From Thermoproteota archaeon (GTDB lineage Archaea > Thermoproteota > EX4484-205 > JAAOZP01): a stretch of 55,486 nucleotides of DNA. Where the stretch lies: the NCBI GenBank assembly GCA_049700215.1, contig JBNAVT010000012.1, forward strand, positions 1-55,486. Reading direction: 5' to 3'. Positions 28,893-37,529 of this stretch are shown here, one piece after another; position 1 is the first letter of the stretch; each line of letters opens with the position of its first letter. A model generated the notes under the pieces. The model did not search any database. It saw only the letters and a program-made list of their open reading frames with translations, and was not told the DNA's origin. The position numbers and the translations under genes are program-made.

Positions 28893-30173
28893 TTGAAAGT
28901 CTGCCTGTTCGAGGATGAGAAGTTCAACCTGCTCTACCCTTTAACGCTCACAAGGGCTTCTTTCGAGCTGAGATGCGGGTCGATGACCCTGGTTGAGAGA
29001 ATCAGGAGGATCAACCCCGGTATAGAAGTCTCGTTTTTCCTAAGGGACCACTTGGCGCCGGTTCTTAGGGAAAGGCTTGGAAACGCTGTTGTGAACAGCC
29101 TTGAAGACCTTGGTAGGGATGACGTTATTCTGGTTAACGGCAGGTGGCTTCCTGAGCACGGTCGCCTCCCGATCGAGGGGGATGAGACCGTTGCTACATG
29201 CAGGGGTGACGTGGTGTATATTCGCGCGAAGAGGGAAACGGTTAGGAAAAGCCTCTCCGACAGCCTTCAGAAGACTATTGAGAGCCTGAGGTCTGAGCTC
29301 AGCGTTGAGGAGGTTGAAGCCCGGATGGTGGAGTATCCTTGGCACCTGGTCCAGTATAATCATGAGCTGCTTAAGGAGGATTTTGAAGCATACTGGTCCA
29401 AGAGGGAGGGGGTTAAGGCTCTGGGGGAAATGGTTGCAGTCTTCGGCGATAAGAGCCTGCTCAACGTTAGTAGGAGTGCAGCCATACATCCTTTCGTCGT
29501 GCTGGACACGAGCTCCGGCCCAATAATGGTTGACGACGGCGCTAGGATATACCCGTTCAGCCGCATAGAGGGTCCCTGCTATATTGGCAGAGATACTTGG
29601 ATAGTTCGTGGAAACATTAGGGAGGAGACGAGCATCGGGCCTGTCTGCAGGGTCGGCGGTGAGGTTGAGGCGAGCATCATCCAGGGTTATTCGAACAAGT
29701 ATCACACGGGTTTCCTGGGCCACGCTTACGTCGGCGAGTGGGTTAACATAGGTGCTTTAACTACGAACAGCGATTTGAAGAACGACTATAGCACTGTCGA
29801 CGTGTACGTGAAGGGGAGGCTTATGGACACGGGGGACCTTAAGGTAGGTAGCTTCATCGGGGATCATTCGAAGTTCGGCATAGGCTGCCTGCTGAACACC
29901 GGGACCGTAGTGGGGGCGGCATGCGTAATGCTGGGGGGAGAGGTTCTTCCAAAATATATTCCGAGCTTCTGCTGGTATGCGGATGGAAGGCTGAGGAGGG
30001 GCGCTGGCTTCAGGAGGACTGTTGAAGCAGAGAGGAGGGTTATGTCCAGGAGGTCTGTAGTAATGTCGGAGAGCTACGTCAGGATGCTTGAGAAAATATA
30101 TCAGGACACTAAGGAGGAGAGGGAAACTTTAATAAGGAAGGCTGAGATGAGGCTGCAACAGGGAGGTCTATAG
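28893..30173 (+). CDS. GlmU-related protein: divergent sugar-nucleotidyltransferase-like N-domain plus left-handed beta-helix acyltransferase
   Basis: N-terminal LFED....LYPLTLTR...ELRCG (alternative bacterial GlmU type, no GxGxR). Hexapeptide repeats. SNKYH.GFLGH.YVGEWVNIGA.T.NSDLKN active-site region. Confidence 0.82.
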   Translation: MKVCLFEDEKFNLLYPLTLTRASFELRCGSMTLVERIRRINPGIEVSFFLRDHLAPVLRERLGNAVVNSLEDLGRDDVILVNGRWLPEHGRLPIEGDETVATCRGDVVYIRAKRETVRKSLSDSLQKTIESLRSELSVEEVEARMVEYPWHLVQYNHELLKEDFEAYWSKREGVKALGEMVAVFGDKSLLNVSRSAAIHPFVVLDTSSGPIMVDDGARIYPFSRIEGPCYIGRDTWIVRGNIREETSIGPVCRVGGEVEASIIQGYSNKYHTGFLGHAYVGEWVNIGALTTNSDLKNDYSTVDVYVKGRLMDTGDLKVGSFIGDHSKFGIGCLLNTGTVVGAACVMLGGEVLPKYIPSFCWYADGRLRRGAGFRRTVEAERRVMSRRSVVMSESYVRMLEKIYQDTKEERETLIRKAEMRLQQGGL

Positions 30174-30174
30174 A

Positions 30175-30423
30175 ATGTCGGTTGAGGAGAAAGTTAAGAA
30201 GATCATAGCTGAACACTTCCGCGTCAGCGCTGAGAGCCTGAAGGATGATACTTCGCTTGTGGATGACCTTATGGCTGAATCCATAGACACCGTTGAGCTG
30301 ATCGCGACCTTCGAAGAGGCTTTCAACCTGGAGATTCCTGAGGAGGAGGCAGAGAGAAACCAGACTGTCGGGCAGGTTGTGGAGTACATAAAGGCTAAGC
30401 TTGCTCAAGCGGGGCACTGCTAA
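30175..30423 (+). CDS. acpP: Acyl carrier protein
   Basis: 82 aa and acidic. VKKIIAE...SLVDDLMAESIDTVEL...EEAF..EIP.EEAE...TVGQ.VEYI aligns with AcpP, with the phosphopantetheine Ser at position 36. Confidence 0.9.
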   Translation: MSVEEKVKKIIAEHFRVSAESLKDDTSLVDDLMAESIDTVELIATFEEAFNLEIPEEEAERNQTVGQVVEYIKAKLAQAGHC

Positions 30424-30440
30424 ACGTATCTCCAGCAGGC

Positions 30441-30821
30441 TTGATAATCGGGGTTGGCGTGGATGTTGTTTCGATAAGCAGGGTTAGGAAGGCGGTAGAA
30501 AGACGTGGGGAAAGTTTCCTCAGCAGGGTTTTCACAGAAAGAGAGCTTGAACATTGTTTTCAATCGGGATATCCCTACGAGAGGCTGGCTGCCAGGTTTG
30601 CTGCTAAGGAGGCGGTTTTCAAAGCCATAGGCCAGGCTAGCAGGAGCCGGCTGGGGTGGAAGGGTGTTGAAATCGAGGCGGGTGGCTCAGTAGCTAGAGT
30701 TGTAATGAGTAAACCCCTCACCAGCCTTCTCCGCGAGAAGGGTGCGAGAAACATTTTGATCAGCTTAAGCCATGATAGGACGAGTGACGTTGCTATCGCT
30801 GTAGCCTTGCTTCTAGCATGA
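30441..30821 (+). CDS. acpS: Holo-ACP synthase (4'-phosphopantetheinyl transferase)
   Basis: IIGVGVDVV...R, F...E, LAARFAAKEAVFKA and ISLSHD. Confidence 0.93.
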   Translation: MIIGVGVDVVSISRVRKAVERRGESFLSRVFTERELEHCFQSGYPYERLAARFAAKEAVFKAIGQASRSRLGWKGVEIEAGGSVARVVMSKPLTSLLREKGARNILISLSHDRTSDVAIAVALLLA

Positions 30822-30880
30822 TTATCGGGCTACTGTGGCTGAACACTTTCCCCGGCGCACGCAAAAAGCGTGTGAAAGTT

Positions 30881-32839
30881 CTAGAGCCTTCCACCCAAGG
30901 CCTTCGCAAACCCGATTACTTTTTTAGCTAGGCTCCTCGCCTCCTCCATGCTGCTCCTCGCCTTCTCCCAGTTTCTCCAGGTTTCGAAAACCGTTTCAAC
31001 TATCTGCGTATCCGGCAGCCCACCGTATTCTTTGAGAAAGTCTTTAATGCTTTTCTCAATATTGTTCACATAGACGCCCTTAATGTTTAGCGCAGCCTGA
31101 ACAAGGCGTAGCGCCGTCTCAACCGCTTCGTAAGCCAGAAGATCCGGCAGCTGCTCCGCGGTGAAGTCGTAACCGCCGGAGTTATACTCTGCCAGCATTC
31201 TCTGCTCATCCATTTCAACAAGCTTCTCCAAGCGTTCAACCCTCCGGTAATAGTTGTCCCAAATTGTTTTACCGTTTTCCTTCAGAGCCTCCTTGGCGGA
31301 TTCTGAAAAGCCTTGTTTAAACAGCCCTTTTTCACACGCCTTTTTCAAGGCAAGCATGAATTCATCCGTCTTCACAACCCTGTAGGTTTCACCATCCAGT
31401 TTTCTGATTACGCTGCGTAAAACCGGCATTTTAACCTCCTCCCTAACATGGACGGCTACGAATAATGGCCTTGCTTTACAGCCTTCCACAAGCCTCTTCA
31501 ACTCTTTCAGAATATCTGTTGAAGCCGAAGCGTAGAGTGAAGTGTGAACGTAAGGAGTATTGTTGGCGAAGACCGTTGGCTCAAAGGCTGAACCCGCGTA
31601 GCCATGCAGGAACCCGTAGCATTTTTCAATCTTTTCGGCATAGGCCTCAGGGATATTAGGGTCTTCAAGCTCTTGGTAAGCCACCCTAGGGTCACGGTTC
31701 ATGATTAGTATAGACCTTAAATCACACGCCTCCATATACCTCCTGGTGTGCTCGAGAAACTCGTCGAGACGCTTGTTAACGCTTGGTGCAGTGTAGCCCG
31801 CTCCAGAGGGCCCCGCTATGAAATAGTCGTTGGCCGTCGCAGTCCTGTAGTAGTATTCAAGCATTCCGGGCGCCAGGTCCAGCAGCAGTGGCTGAACCTC
31901 CCAGGTGTAGGGGAACCTTCCCCTCTGGCTGTCAAGCCAGTTCAGGTTTTGAAAATTGTTCATCGCCCAAACAGCATCCCCGTCCGACTGGACGAAAACC
32001 ACGTAAACCTTGTCTTCTAACAATACCCTGCTGGCGTGCTTCTGTTTAAACTTGAAACCGGTTTTTATGCCCGCGTGGACAGTCAGGTTTGGAGACTGCA
32101 GGTTGCAGAGCACGAAGAAACCGTTTCTAGAGGCTCTTGCGACAGCCTCAGACTCCAAGTCCCTGATGCAATGCCATCCTAAAACTACTCCGAGCGAGTT
32201 GAAGGAACCTAGAATCCTGTCGAACAATTCTGCTTCGCGGCGGTCCCTAGCCTTGGTGGAAAGGTCGAAGGAGAATGCTTTAACCGCAACAAGATAGTCT
32301 CTAACATGATGCTTGTTCGTGAAGGATGTTAAAGGAGGGTCTACGCATACGCTTCCGACAATCCTCCTGTTACACTGTTGCAACAGGTTTTGAAAAGCCC
32401 ACTCGTAGGCTTCAAGCCTGCTTCCCCATCTACCCCTGAAGTCGGCAGCCTTCTTGAAGCCCGCTTCAGAAAGCTTTTCCGCAACCTCTGGGGAAGCTGG
32501 GACCAAGTTGTGAATGCTGCCATACGTCATCGCGACGTTCGCAGAGTGCAGCATCCCTTCATCATACACCACAAACCCGGATACCTCTTTTCTGAAGGAC
32601 GCCAATAACTCGTAGGGGTCGTTAAACTCCTCATGCTTCACCCTGTATCTTCTCCCGTATATTGATAGCCACAGCCTGTCCACGTAGTCGTCGAACACAA
32701 GGTAGACCCTCGGCTTAACACGGTTTATCAAGCCCTGTGCGCAAGCCATCGTCATCTGTTCATGCCAGGAGTATGGTCGGGCGTCAAGCACTCTAAGCTT
32801 CCCAGGCTTCTTAAAAGCCGGGAAGATACTGTCCTTCAC
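30881..32839 (-). CDS. GxGYxYP family putative glycoside hydrolase/deacetylase-fold protein
   Basis: QGLINR..PRVY, RDYLVA, VLGW, SDGD, P.TW...P.L.DLAP..L.YYY..AT.ND.F.AGPSGAGY. Confidence 0.8.
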   Translation of the reverse strand: MKDSIFPAFKKPGKLRVLDARPYSWHEQMTMACAQGLINRVKPRVYLVFDDYVDRLWLSIYGRRYRVKHEEFNDPYELLASFRKEVSGFVVYDEGMLHSANVAMTYGSIHNLVPASPEVAEKLSEAGFKKAADFRGRWGSRLEAYEWAFQNLLQQCNRRIVGSVCVDPPLTSFTNKHHVRDYLVAVKAFSFDLSTKARDRREAELFDRILGSFNSLGVVLGWHCIRDLESEAVARASRNGFFVLCNLQSPNLTVHAGIKTGFKFKQKHASRVLLEDKVYVVFVQSDGDAVWAMNNFQNLNWLDSQRGRFPYTWEVQPLLLDLAPGMLEYYYRTATANDYFIAGPSGAGYTAPSVNKRLDEFLEHTRRYMEACDLRSILIMNRDPRVAYQELEDPNIPEAYAEKIEKCYGFLHGYAGSAFEPTVFANNTPYVHTSLYASASTDILKELKRLVEGCKARPLFVAVHVREEVKMPVLRSVIRKLDGETYRVVKTDEFMLALKKACEKGLFKQGFSESAKEALKENGKTIWDNYYRRVERLEKLVEMDEQRMLAEYNSGGYDFTAEQLPDLLAYEAVETALRLVQAALNIKGVYVNNIEKSIKDFLKEYGGLPDTQIVETVFETWRNWEKARSSMEEARSLAKKVIGFAKALGGRL

Positions 32840-32984
32840 AGCCTGTCACCATTCCTCCACATCTCCACAGACGTATTTAAGAGCATCGCTACCACCGGCC
32901 TATAGAATTAAGCTTAGGGGCGATTCGCAGCAGCGTTCGTGTCAAGGTTTAAATTTTAATAGGGGGCTTTACTGGGCAATCCGG

Positions 32985-34142
32985 ATGGAGCCGTTCAACC
33001 AAGTTAAGTATTCAAGTATTCTCGAGGAGAACAGGAGGCGTGTTGAGAAAGCGGCTGAGTTTAAGGAGCCAGACAGGGTTCCAGTAGTCATAGGGCTTGG
33101 AGGCCCATACTATGCTAGGCTCTTCGGATACACGTTCGCCGAATACTACAATGACATGAGTATAATGCTGGATGCCCAGGTGAAGGGGTTGAAATGGAGG
33201 CTGGAATGGCTTAGAGACGATTTAACGGGGATAGGGGTTCACCTCGACCTTGGAGCCATATCTGAAGGCATAGTTTTCGACTGCAGGGTTGAAATGCCTG
33301 ATGAGGGAAACCCGTGGCTCAGCCCTTGGATAATACCCAGGATTAAGACTCTCGAGGATATCGATAGGCTGGAGGTTCCGGATCCGCGTCGTCACAAAGG
33401 TATTCAGGCCTACTACGAGAGGCTTGAAAGGTTCAGGGAGCTCGTTCGCAAAAACTATGATGGTCTTCCAGTCGGCGGCTGGCTTCAGATACATCCGCCG
33501 GTTTCAGCCGCTGGCTCTCTAATCGGCCCTGAAAAACTATACCGGTGGCTCTATGAGAATCCTAGTGAGATGCATAGGCTTTTCAGAAAACTCGAGGAGG
33601 CTTTCAACGTTCTCCAGGAATACTACTATGAGCTTTCCGGGTCAGGGCCAGGAAGCCTCGGCTTAGCTGACGACCATTCAGGCTACTTGAATAGGAGGAT
33701 GTACGAGGAATTCACGCTGCCTTACAACCTTAGGCTTTACGAGCGGCATGGCGCTAACCACCGGTACCTTCACATGGATTCACACATGGATCACATAACG
33801 GACATACTTGTGAATGTTTACAGGATAGACGAGGCTGACGTAGGTGTTGAGAACAATATTGAAACGATTGCTGGAGCATTCAAGGGGAAAGTTTTCTTCA
33901 ACGGCAACGCGGACTGGAGAGCCTTGTTAGACGGTTCTCTTGAGAGGGTTGAGCTCGAGGTTGAGAAATGCGTGTTCCACGCTGCACCGGGCGGCGGCTA
34001 TGTTTTCGACAACGGTGGCGAGACCTATGCCGACATATCTCCTGAAAGATTAAGGTACGAGGTTGAATACGCTAAAAAGGTTGGAAGGTATCCGATCAGG
34101 AGAGAGTGCTTCAAACACTTAAACAGGTTTTTAAAGCCTTAG
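32985..34142 (+). CDS. UroD/MtaA family protein
   Basis: KEPDRVPV, LADD, YEEF.LPY, GNAD and APGGGYVF. Confidence 0.8.
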   Translation: MEPFNQVKYSSILEENRRRVEKAAEFKEPDRVPVVIGLGGPYYARLFGYTFAEYYNDMSIMLDAQVKGLKWRLEWLRDDLTGIGVHLDLGAISEGIVFDCRVEMPDEGNPWLSPWIIPRIKTLEDIDRLEVPDPRRHKGIQAYYERLERFRELVRKNYDGLPVGGWLQIHPPVSAAGSLIGPEKLYRWLYENPSEMHRLFRKLEEAFNVLQEYYYELSGSGPGSLGLADDHSGYLNRRMYEEFTLPYNLRLYERHGANHRYLHMDSHMDHITDILVNVYRIDEADVGVENNIETIAGAFKGKVFFNGNADWRALLDGSLERVELEVEKCVFHAAPGGGYVFDNGGETYADISPERLRYEVEYAKKVGRYPIRRECFKHLNRFLKP

Positions 34143-34153
34143 CACCGTGTTCT

Positions 34154-35287
34154 TCAACCAATCCTTATCGGGTATGTCCCGCTTCTAAAGCCTTCGTCGA
34201 GCATTGCAAGATAGTTTTCTAAAGGCACGTAGTTGGCTACAGTGTTTCCGGAGCCTAGAGCATAGGCACCCCCTGGCGCACACCTCCTGATTATCAGCCT
34301 AACATGCTCTCTCAGGCTTTTCTCGGGCAGCTGAACAAGCTTATTCATGTCTACACCGCCCAGTACCGCTATCTCATTCCCATACTTCTCCTTAACCTCG
34401 TATACCGGCATTATGTTGTCCTCAAAAGAATGTTTAGCATCTATCCCAACGCTGTCCACAAGATCATCCATTACTGTTCTCCCTGTTTCGTCAGGAGTGT
34501 ACAGGTTCCCGCAGGAATGAATTATGAAGGGAAGTCCTTTCGAATGCGCCAAGTCGGCCAGCCTCCTATAGTTTGGGAAAACGTATTCCCGTAGGATTCT
34601 GGGTGACAGAAACGTGCCCGTCTTATATCCTAAGTCGTCGCCCATTCTCAGGGCGTCAACATACCCCTCCTTAACTATTCTCTCGTCTAAGGCAAGTATG
34701 AGTGAGGCAATCTTGCTGAACATTTTTTCAACAAGCTTTCTATCCAGATGCACAGCCCTGCAGAGTTTTCCAAGGCCCATCAGCCAGCTAACGTGCTCGA
34801 AGAATCCTCCGGCAACTCCTCCAACAATCCCCATGCCTTCAGGCAGCTTTCTCCTAAGCCTTTCAAAAACTGAAAAATCCAAGGCTTCCTCAGGGTTTGG
34901 CCAAGGGTATTTTTCGAAATCCTCGATTGTTTCAATCACCCCCCTGTTCTCATCCTCCCAAGTCCTCTTCCCGCGGGAAAGATAGGCAATGTCCCTCGTC
35001 TGAAGAAGATTGGTTCTAGGGAGTTTGGGTGAGACCTCCATGGGGACATAATCGTATCCAAGCCTAGAATAAAAGTCAACCAGGGTTTCCAGGTATTTCT
35101 CTGAACGCAAGCCTTCCTCGGCTAAAGCCTTGGACACCGGCTTACCGGTTAACGCCTCAATAACCTCGTTGTCTACGAAGTGCTCGTAGAAAGGCACTCT
35201 ATCCGGCTCTCCCTCCCTAAGGAGCACTTTAAGCAGCCTGCCCATGTTAGGGTTCCTAGACACGTTCCCCCCACTGTTTCCCGACAA
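34154..35287 (-). CDS. UroD/MtaA family protein
   Basis: GEPDRVPF, GDDLG, IHSCGN, GGVD, GGAYALGSGN and VPLENY. The start may be the GTG a few codons downstream. Confidence 0.84.
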   Translation of the reverse strand: MSGNSGGNVSRNPNMGRLLKVLLREGEPDRVPFYEHFVDNEVIEALTGKPVSKALAEEGLRSEKYLETLVDFYSRLGYDYVPMEVSPKLPRTNLLQTRDIAYLSRGKRTWEDENRGVIETIEDFEKYPWPNPEEALDFSVFERLRRKLPEGMGIVGGVAGGFFEHVSWLMGLGKLCRAVHLDRKLVEKMFSKIASLILALDERIVKEGYVDALRMGDDLGYKTGTFLSPRILREYVFPNYRRLADLAHSKGLPFIIHSCGNLYTPDETGRTVMDDLVDSVGIDAKHSFEDNIMPVYEVKEKYGNEIAVLGGVDMNKLVQLPEKSLREHVRLIIRRCAPGGAYALGSGNTVANYVPLENYLAMLDEGFRSGTYPIRIG

Positions 35288-35372
35288 TACTTAAGCCTTT
35301 TTCCAAGCCTACGTGGAAACATTCAGAATAAGGTAAGGCTTAAAGCCTGATAGAAAACCGCATCCTTCGGCT

Positions 35373-36437
35373 GTGAGCATCAGGGAGAAGAAGCTTCGAG
35401 TCATAGACATTAACGGTTGCGGATGGATCCCGTGTAGACTAGGGATTTTCCCAACGACTTGGAGCAAGTATAGGGAGAAGCTTGAAGAACTTCTCGCCAA
35501 GCATTCAAGGCTTTTCCCAGGCTTCGAAAAGGGGAGTGTCGACTTCAGCAACTTCGGAGCCAGGGTAAAGGGGAAAGAGGTCTTAGACGCCTTCGGATGC
35601 TTATGGAGGTTTAACATAAGCGGGCTACAGGGGCAGGTTGTGAAACACCCCTTGGAGGATTGGGCTAGCCTGGTAAGCTATCGTCTACCAGACCCGGAGA
35701 AAGGTATTGTTCAGGAGGGAGGGGGCATCGACACTTGGGATACGGTTGAGGAGAGAATAGAGAGGGCGAGAAGCATGGATGACATTGTAGTTGGAAGCAT
35801 GCCCCACGGGTTCTTCTTCCAAAGGCTCTACTACCTGAGGGGCTTTAAAAACCTGATGATCGACTTCGTCAGAAACCCTAGTCGGCTTGAAAAACTAATA
35901 GAGATGCTTACTGAGTATAATCTCGCCCTAGTTGAGAGGCTCATCAGGCTCAGGGTTGACATGGTTTCCTTCGGGGACGACCTGGGTCTTCAGGACAGAA
36001 TGCCCATAAGCGTCAAAACATTCAGAAGATTCATCTACCCTTCATACAGGAAAATATTCCAGAGGGTCAAGGGCTCGGGAATAAGGGTTTACCTGCATAC
36101 TGATGGACACGTAATGGAGGTGGCTGATGCTCTAATAGAGGCCGGGGTTTCTGTTTTAAACATTCAGGACAGGGTTAACGGGATAGACAGCATAAGGGAG
36201 AGGGTTAAGGGGAGGGTTTGCATCGACCTGGATATAGACCGGCAGCTCATAGTGCCTTTCGGCAGCCCTGAAACGATCAGGAGCCACATACGTGAGGCTG
36301 TCTTCAAACTTGGCTCTGAGAAAGGGGGTTTAATGATGTACTCTGAGATTCACGCTGATGTTCCGCTTGAAAACATAGACGCTGTCTGCACAGCCTTCGA
36401 GGACTTCATGAATCATTATGGTGGATGCGATGGGTGA
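35373..36437 (+). CDS. UroD/MtaA family protein (close paralogue of 5465-6538)
   Basis: DAFGCLW, HPLEDW, RLYYLRGF.NLM.D, GDDLG.Q, LHTDG, DIDRQ and DVPLENI. Confidence 0.84.
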   Translation: MSIREKKLRVIDINGCGWIPCRLGIFPTTWSKYREKLEELLAKHSRLFPGFEKGSVDFSNFGARVKGKEVLDAFGCLWRFNISGLQGQVVKHPLEDWASLVSYRLPDPEKGIVQEGGGIDTWDTVEERIERARSMDDIVVGSMPHGFFFQRLYYLRGFKNLMIDFVRNPSRLEKLIEMLTEYNLALVERLIRLRVDMVSFGDDLGLQDRMPISVKTFRRFIYPSYRKIFQRVKGSGIRVYLHTDGHVMEVADALIEAGVSVLNIQDRVNGIDSIRERVKGRVCIDLDIDRQLIVPFGSPETIRSHIREAVFKLGSEKGGLMMYSEIHADVPLENIDAVCTAFEDFMNHYGGCDG

Positions 36438-36451
36438 AAATAGGCTTCGGC

Positions 36452-37300
36452 TCATTCAAACCATAGGGCTATCATTCTCAGACCCGTGAGAAGGACGACT
36501 ATGCTTAAAGCTTTTCTCAGCATCATGGGCCGGAGCCTCCTGGAAATCCTTGGGCCGAGCTGCCCCCCTAGTGTTGCCCCGACAGCCAGAGGCACGCCGT
36601 ATTCCAGTAAAACGTTTCCTAACGCGAGATGCGAGAAGACGCCCGCAATCTTCGTTATAGTCATTCCGAAGACTGATGTCGCCACAGCTACGTGAGGCGG
36701 GACTCCGATCAGCATCATCACAGTAGTGTCCACCGCCCCCCCTCCTATTCCGAACAGGCCCGTGGCAACGCCGCTCAAGACGCTTGCAAGCTGTGATAAG
36801 ACGAGCTCCGGAACGCCGAGCTCATACTCGTAGACGTTTCCATCCCTATCCGTCAGACGCCGCTTAATAAAATGTCTCCGGCTTTTCCTCTCAGCTTCCG
36901 TAGCCTGCTTAACACCACCCGCCCAGAGCCTCCACGCTGAAAATAGTAGGAAAACCCCCATGAGGAGGGCTGTGACCCTGGATGGCAGGATAACGACTAA
37001 GTATGATCCTGCCACAACACCCAGTATGTCTAGAGTGTCGAAGAGCAGGGCGAGCCTCACGTCAACCCTTCTCTGTCTGAAATACGTGAACGCTGCTGAG
37101 AAGATTCCAAATATTATCGCGAAGACACCTGTCCCCGCGGCATACCTTGATTCCAGCCCGTAAAGCAGGATTAAAGCAGGAACTATTAGCACACCACCCG
37201 CCAACCCGACGGCTGAAAGCAGCGTTGTAGATAGGAACGCAATAAGAGTTATGCTTATGGCTTCAGCCGCGTTCACACGGGGCCAGGCTTTCCATAGCAA
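36452..37300 (-). CDS. TauE/SafE (TSUP) family anion exporter
   Basis: GLAGGVLIVP, GLFGIGGG, AVATS and GGQLG..S. About 8 TM helices. Confidence 0.85.
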   Translation of the reverse strand: MLWKAWPRVNAAEAISITLIAFLSTTLLSAVGLAGGVLIVPALILLYGLESRYAAGTGVFAIIFGIFSAAFTYFRQRRVDVRLALLFDTLDILGVVAGSYLVVILPSRVTALLMGVFLLFSAWRLWAGGVKQATEAERKSRRHFIKRRLTDRDGNVYEYELGVPELVLSQLASVLSGVATGLFGIGGGAVDTTVMMLIGVPPHVAVATSVFGMTITKIAGVFSHLALGNVLLEYGVPLAVGATLGGQLGPRISRRLRPMMLRKALSIVVLLTGLRMIALWFE

Positions 37301-37529
37301 TATAAGTTTTAAACGTAGCTGGGGGAGTCTCCGTCCAGTGCCTGCGATGAGCTGGCTCCAGCATGGTTTTTCGACAGTAAGCTTAGTGGACTTGGACGGT
37401 TTGAGAATGTTTTATAAGGCTGTTCCCATAATGCTCCCATAAGGTTCCAGTGGGACTCTTTTCACGGCAACATATTAATAACCCTTGTTCACACTCCTAC
37501 CCCGGCTTTAAAGATTCTCGGGTGAGACT

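Noticed and set aside
29040-29723. 227-aa minus-strand ORF
   Set aside because: Antisense to the well-supported GlmU-like gene, with no motifs.
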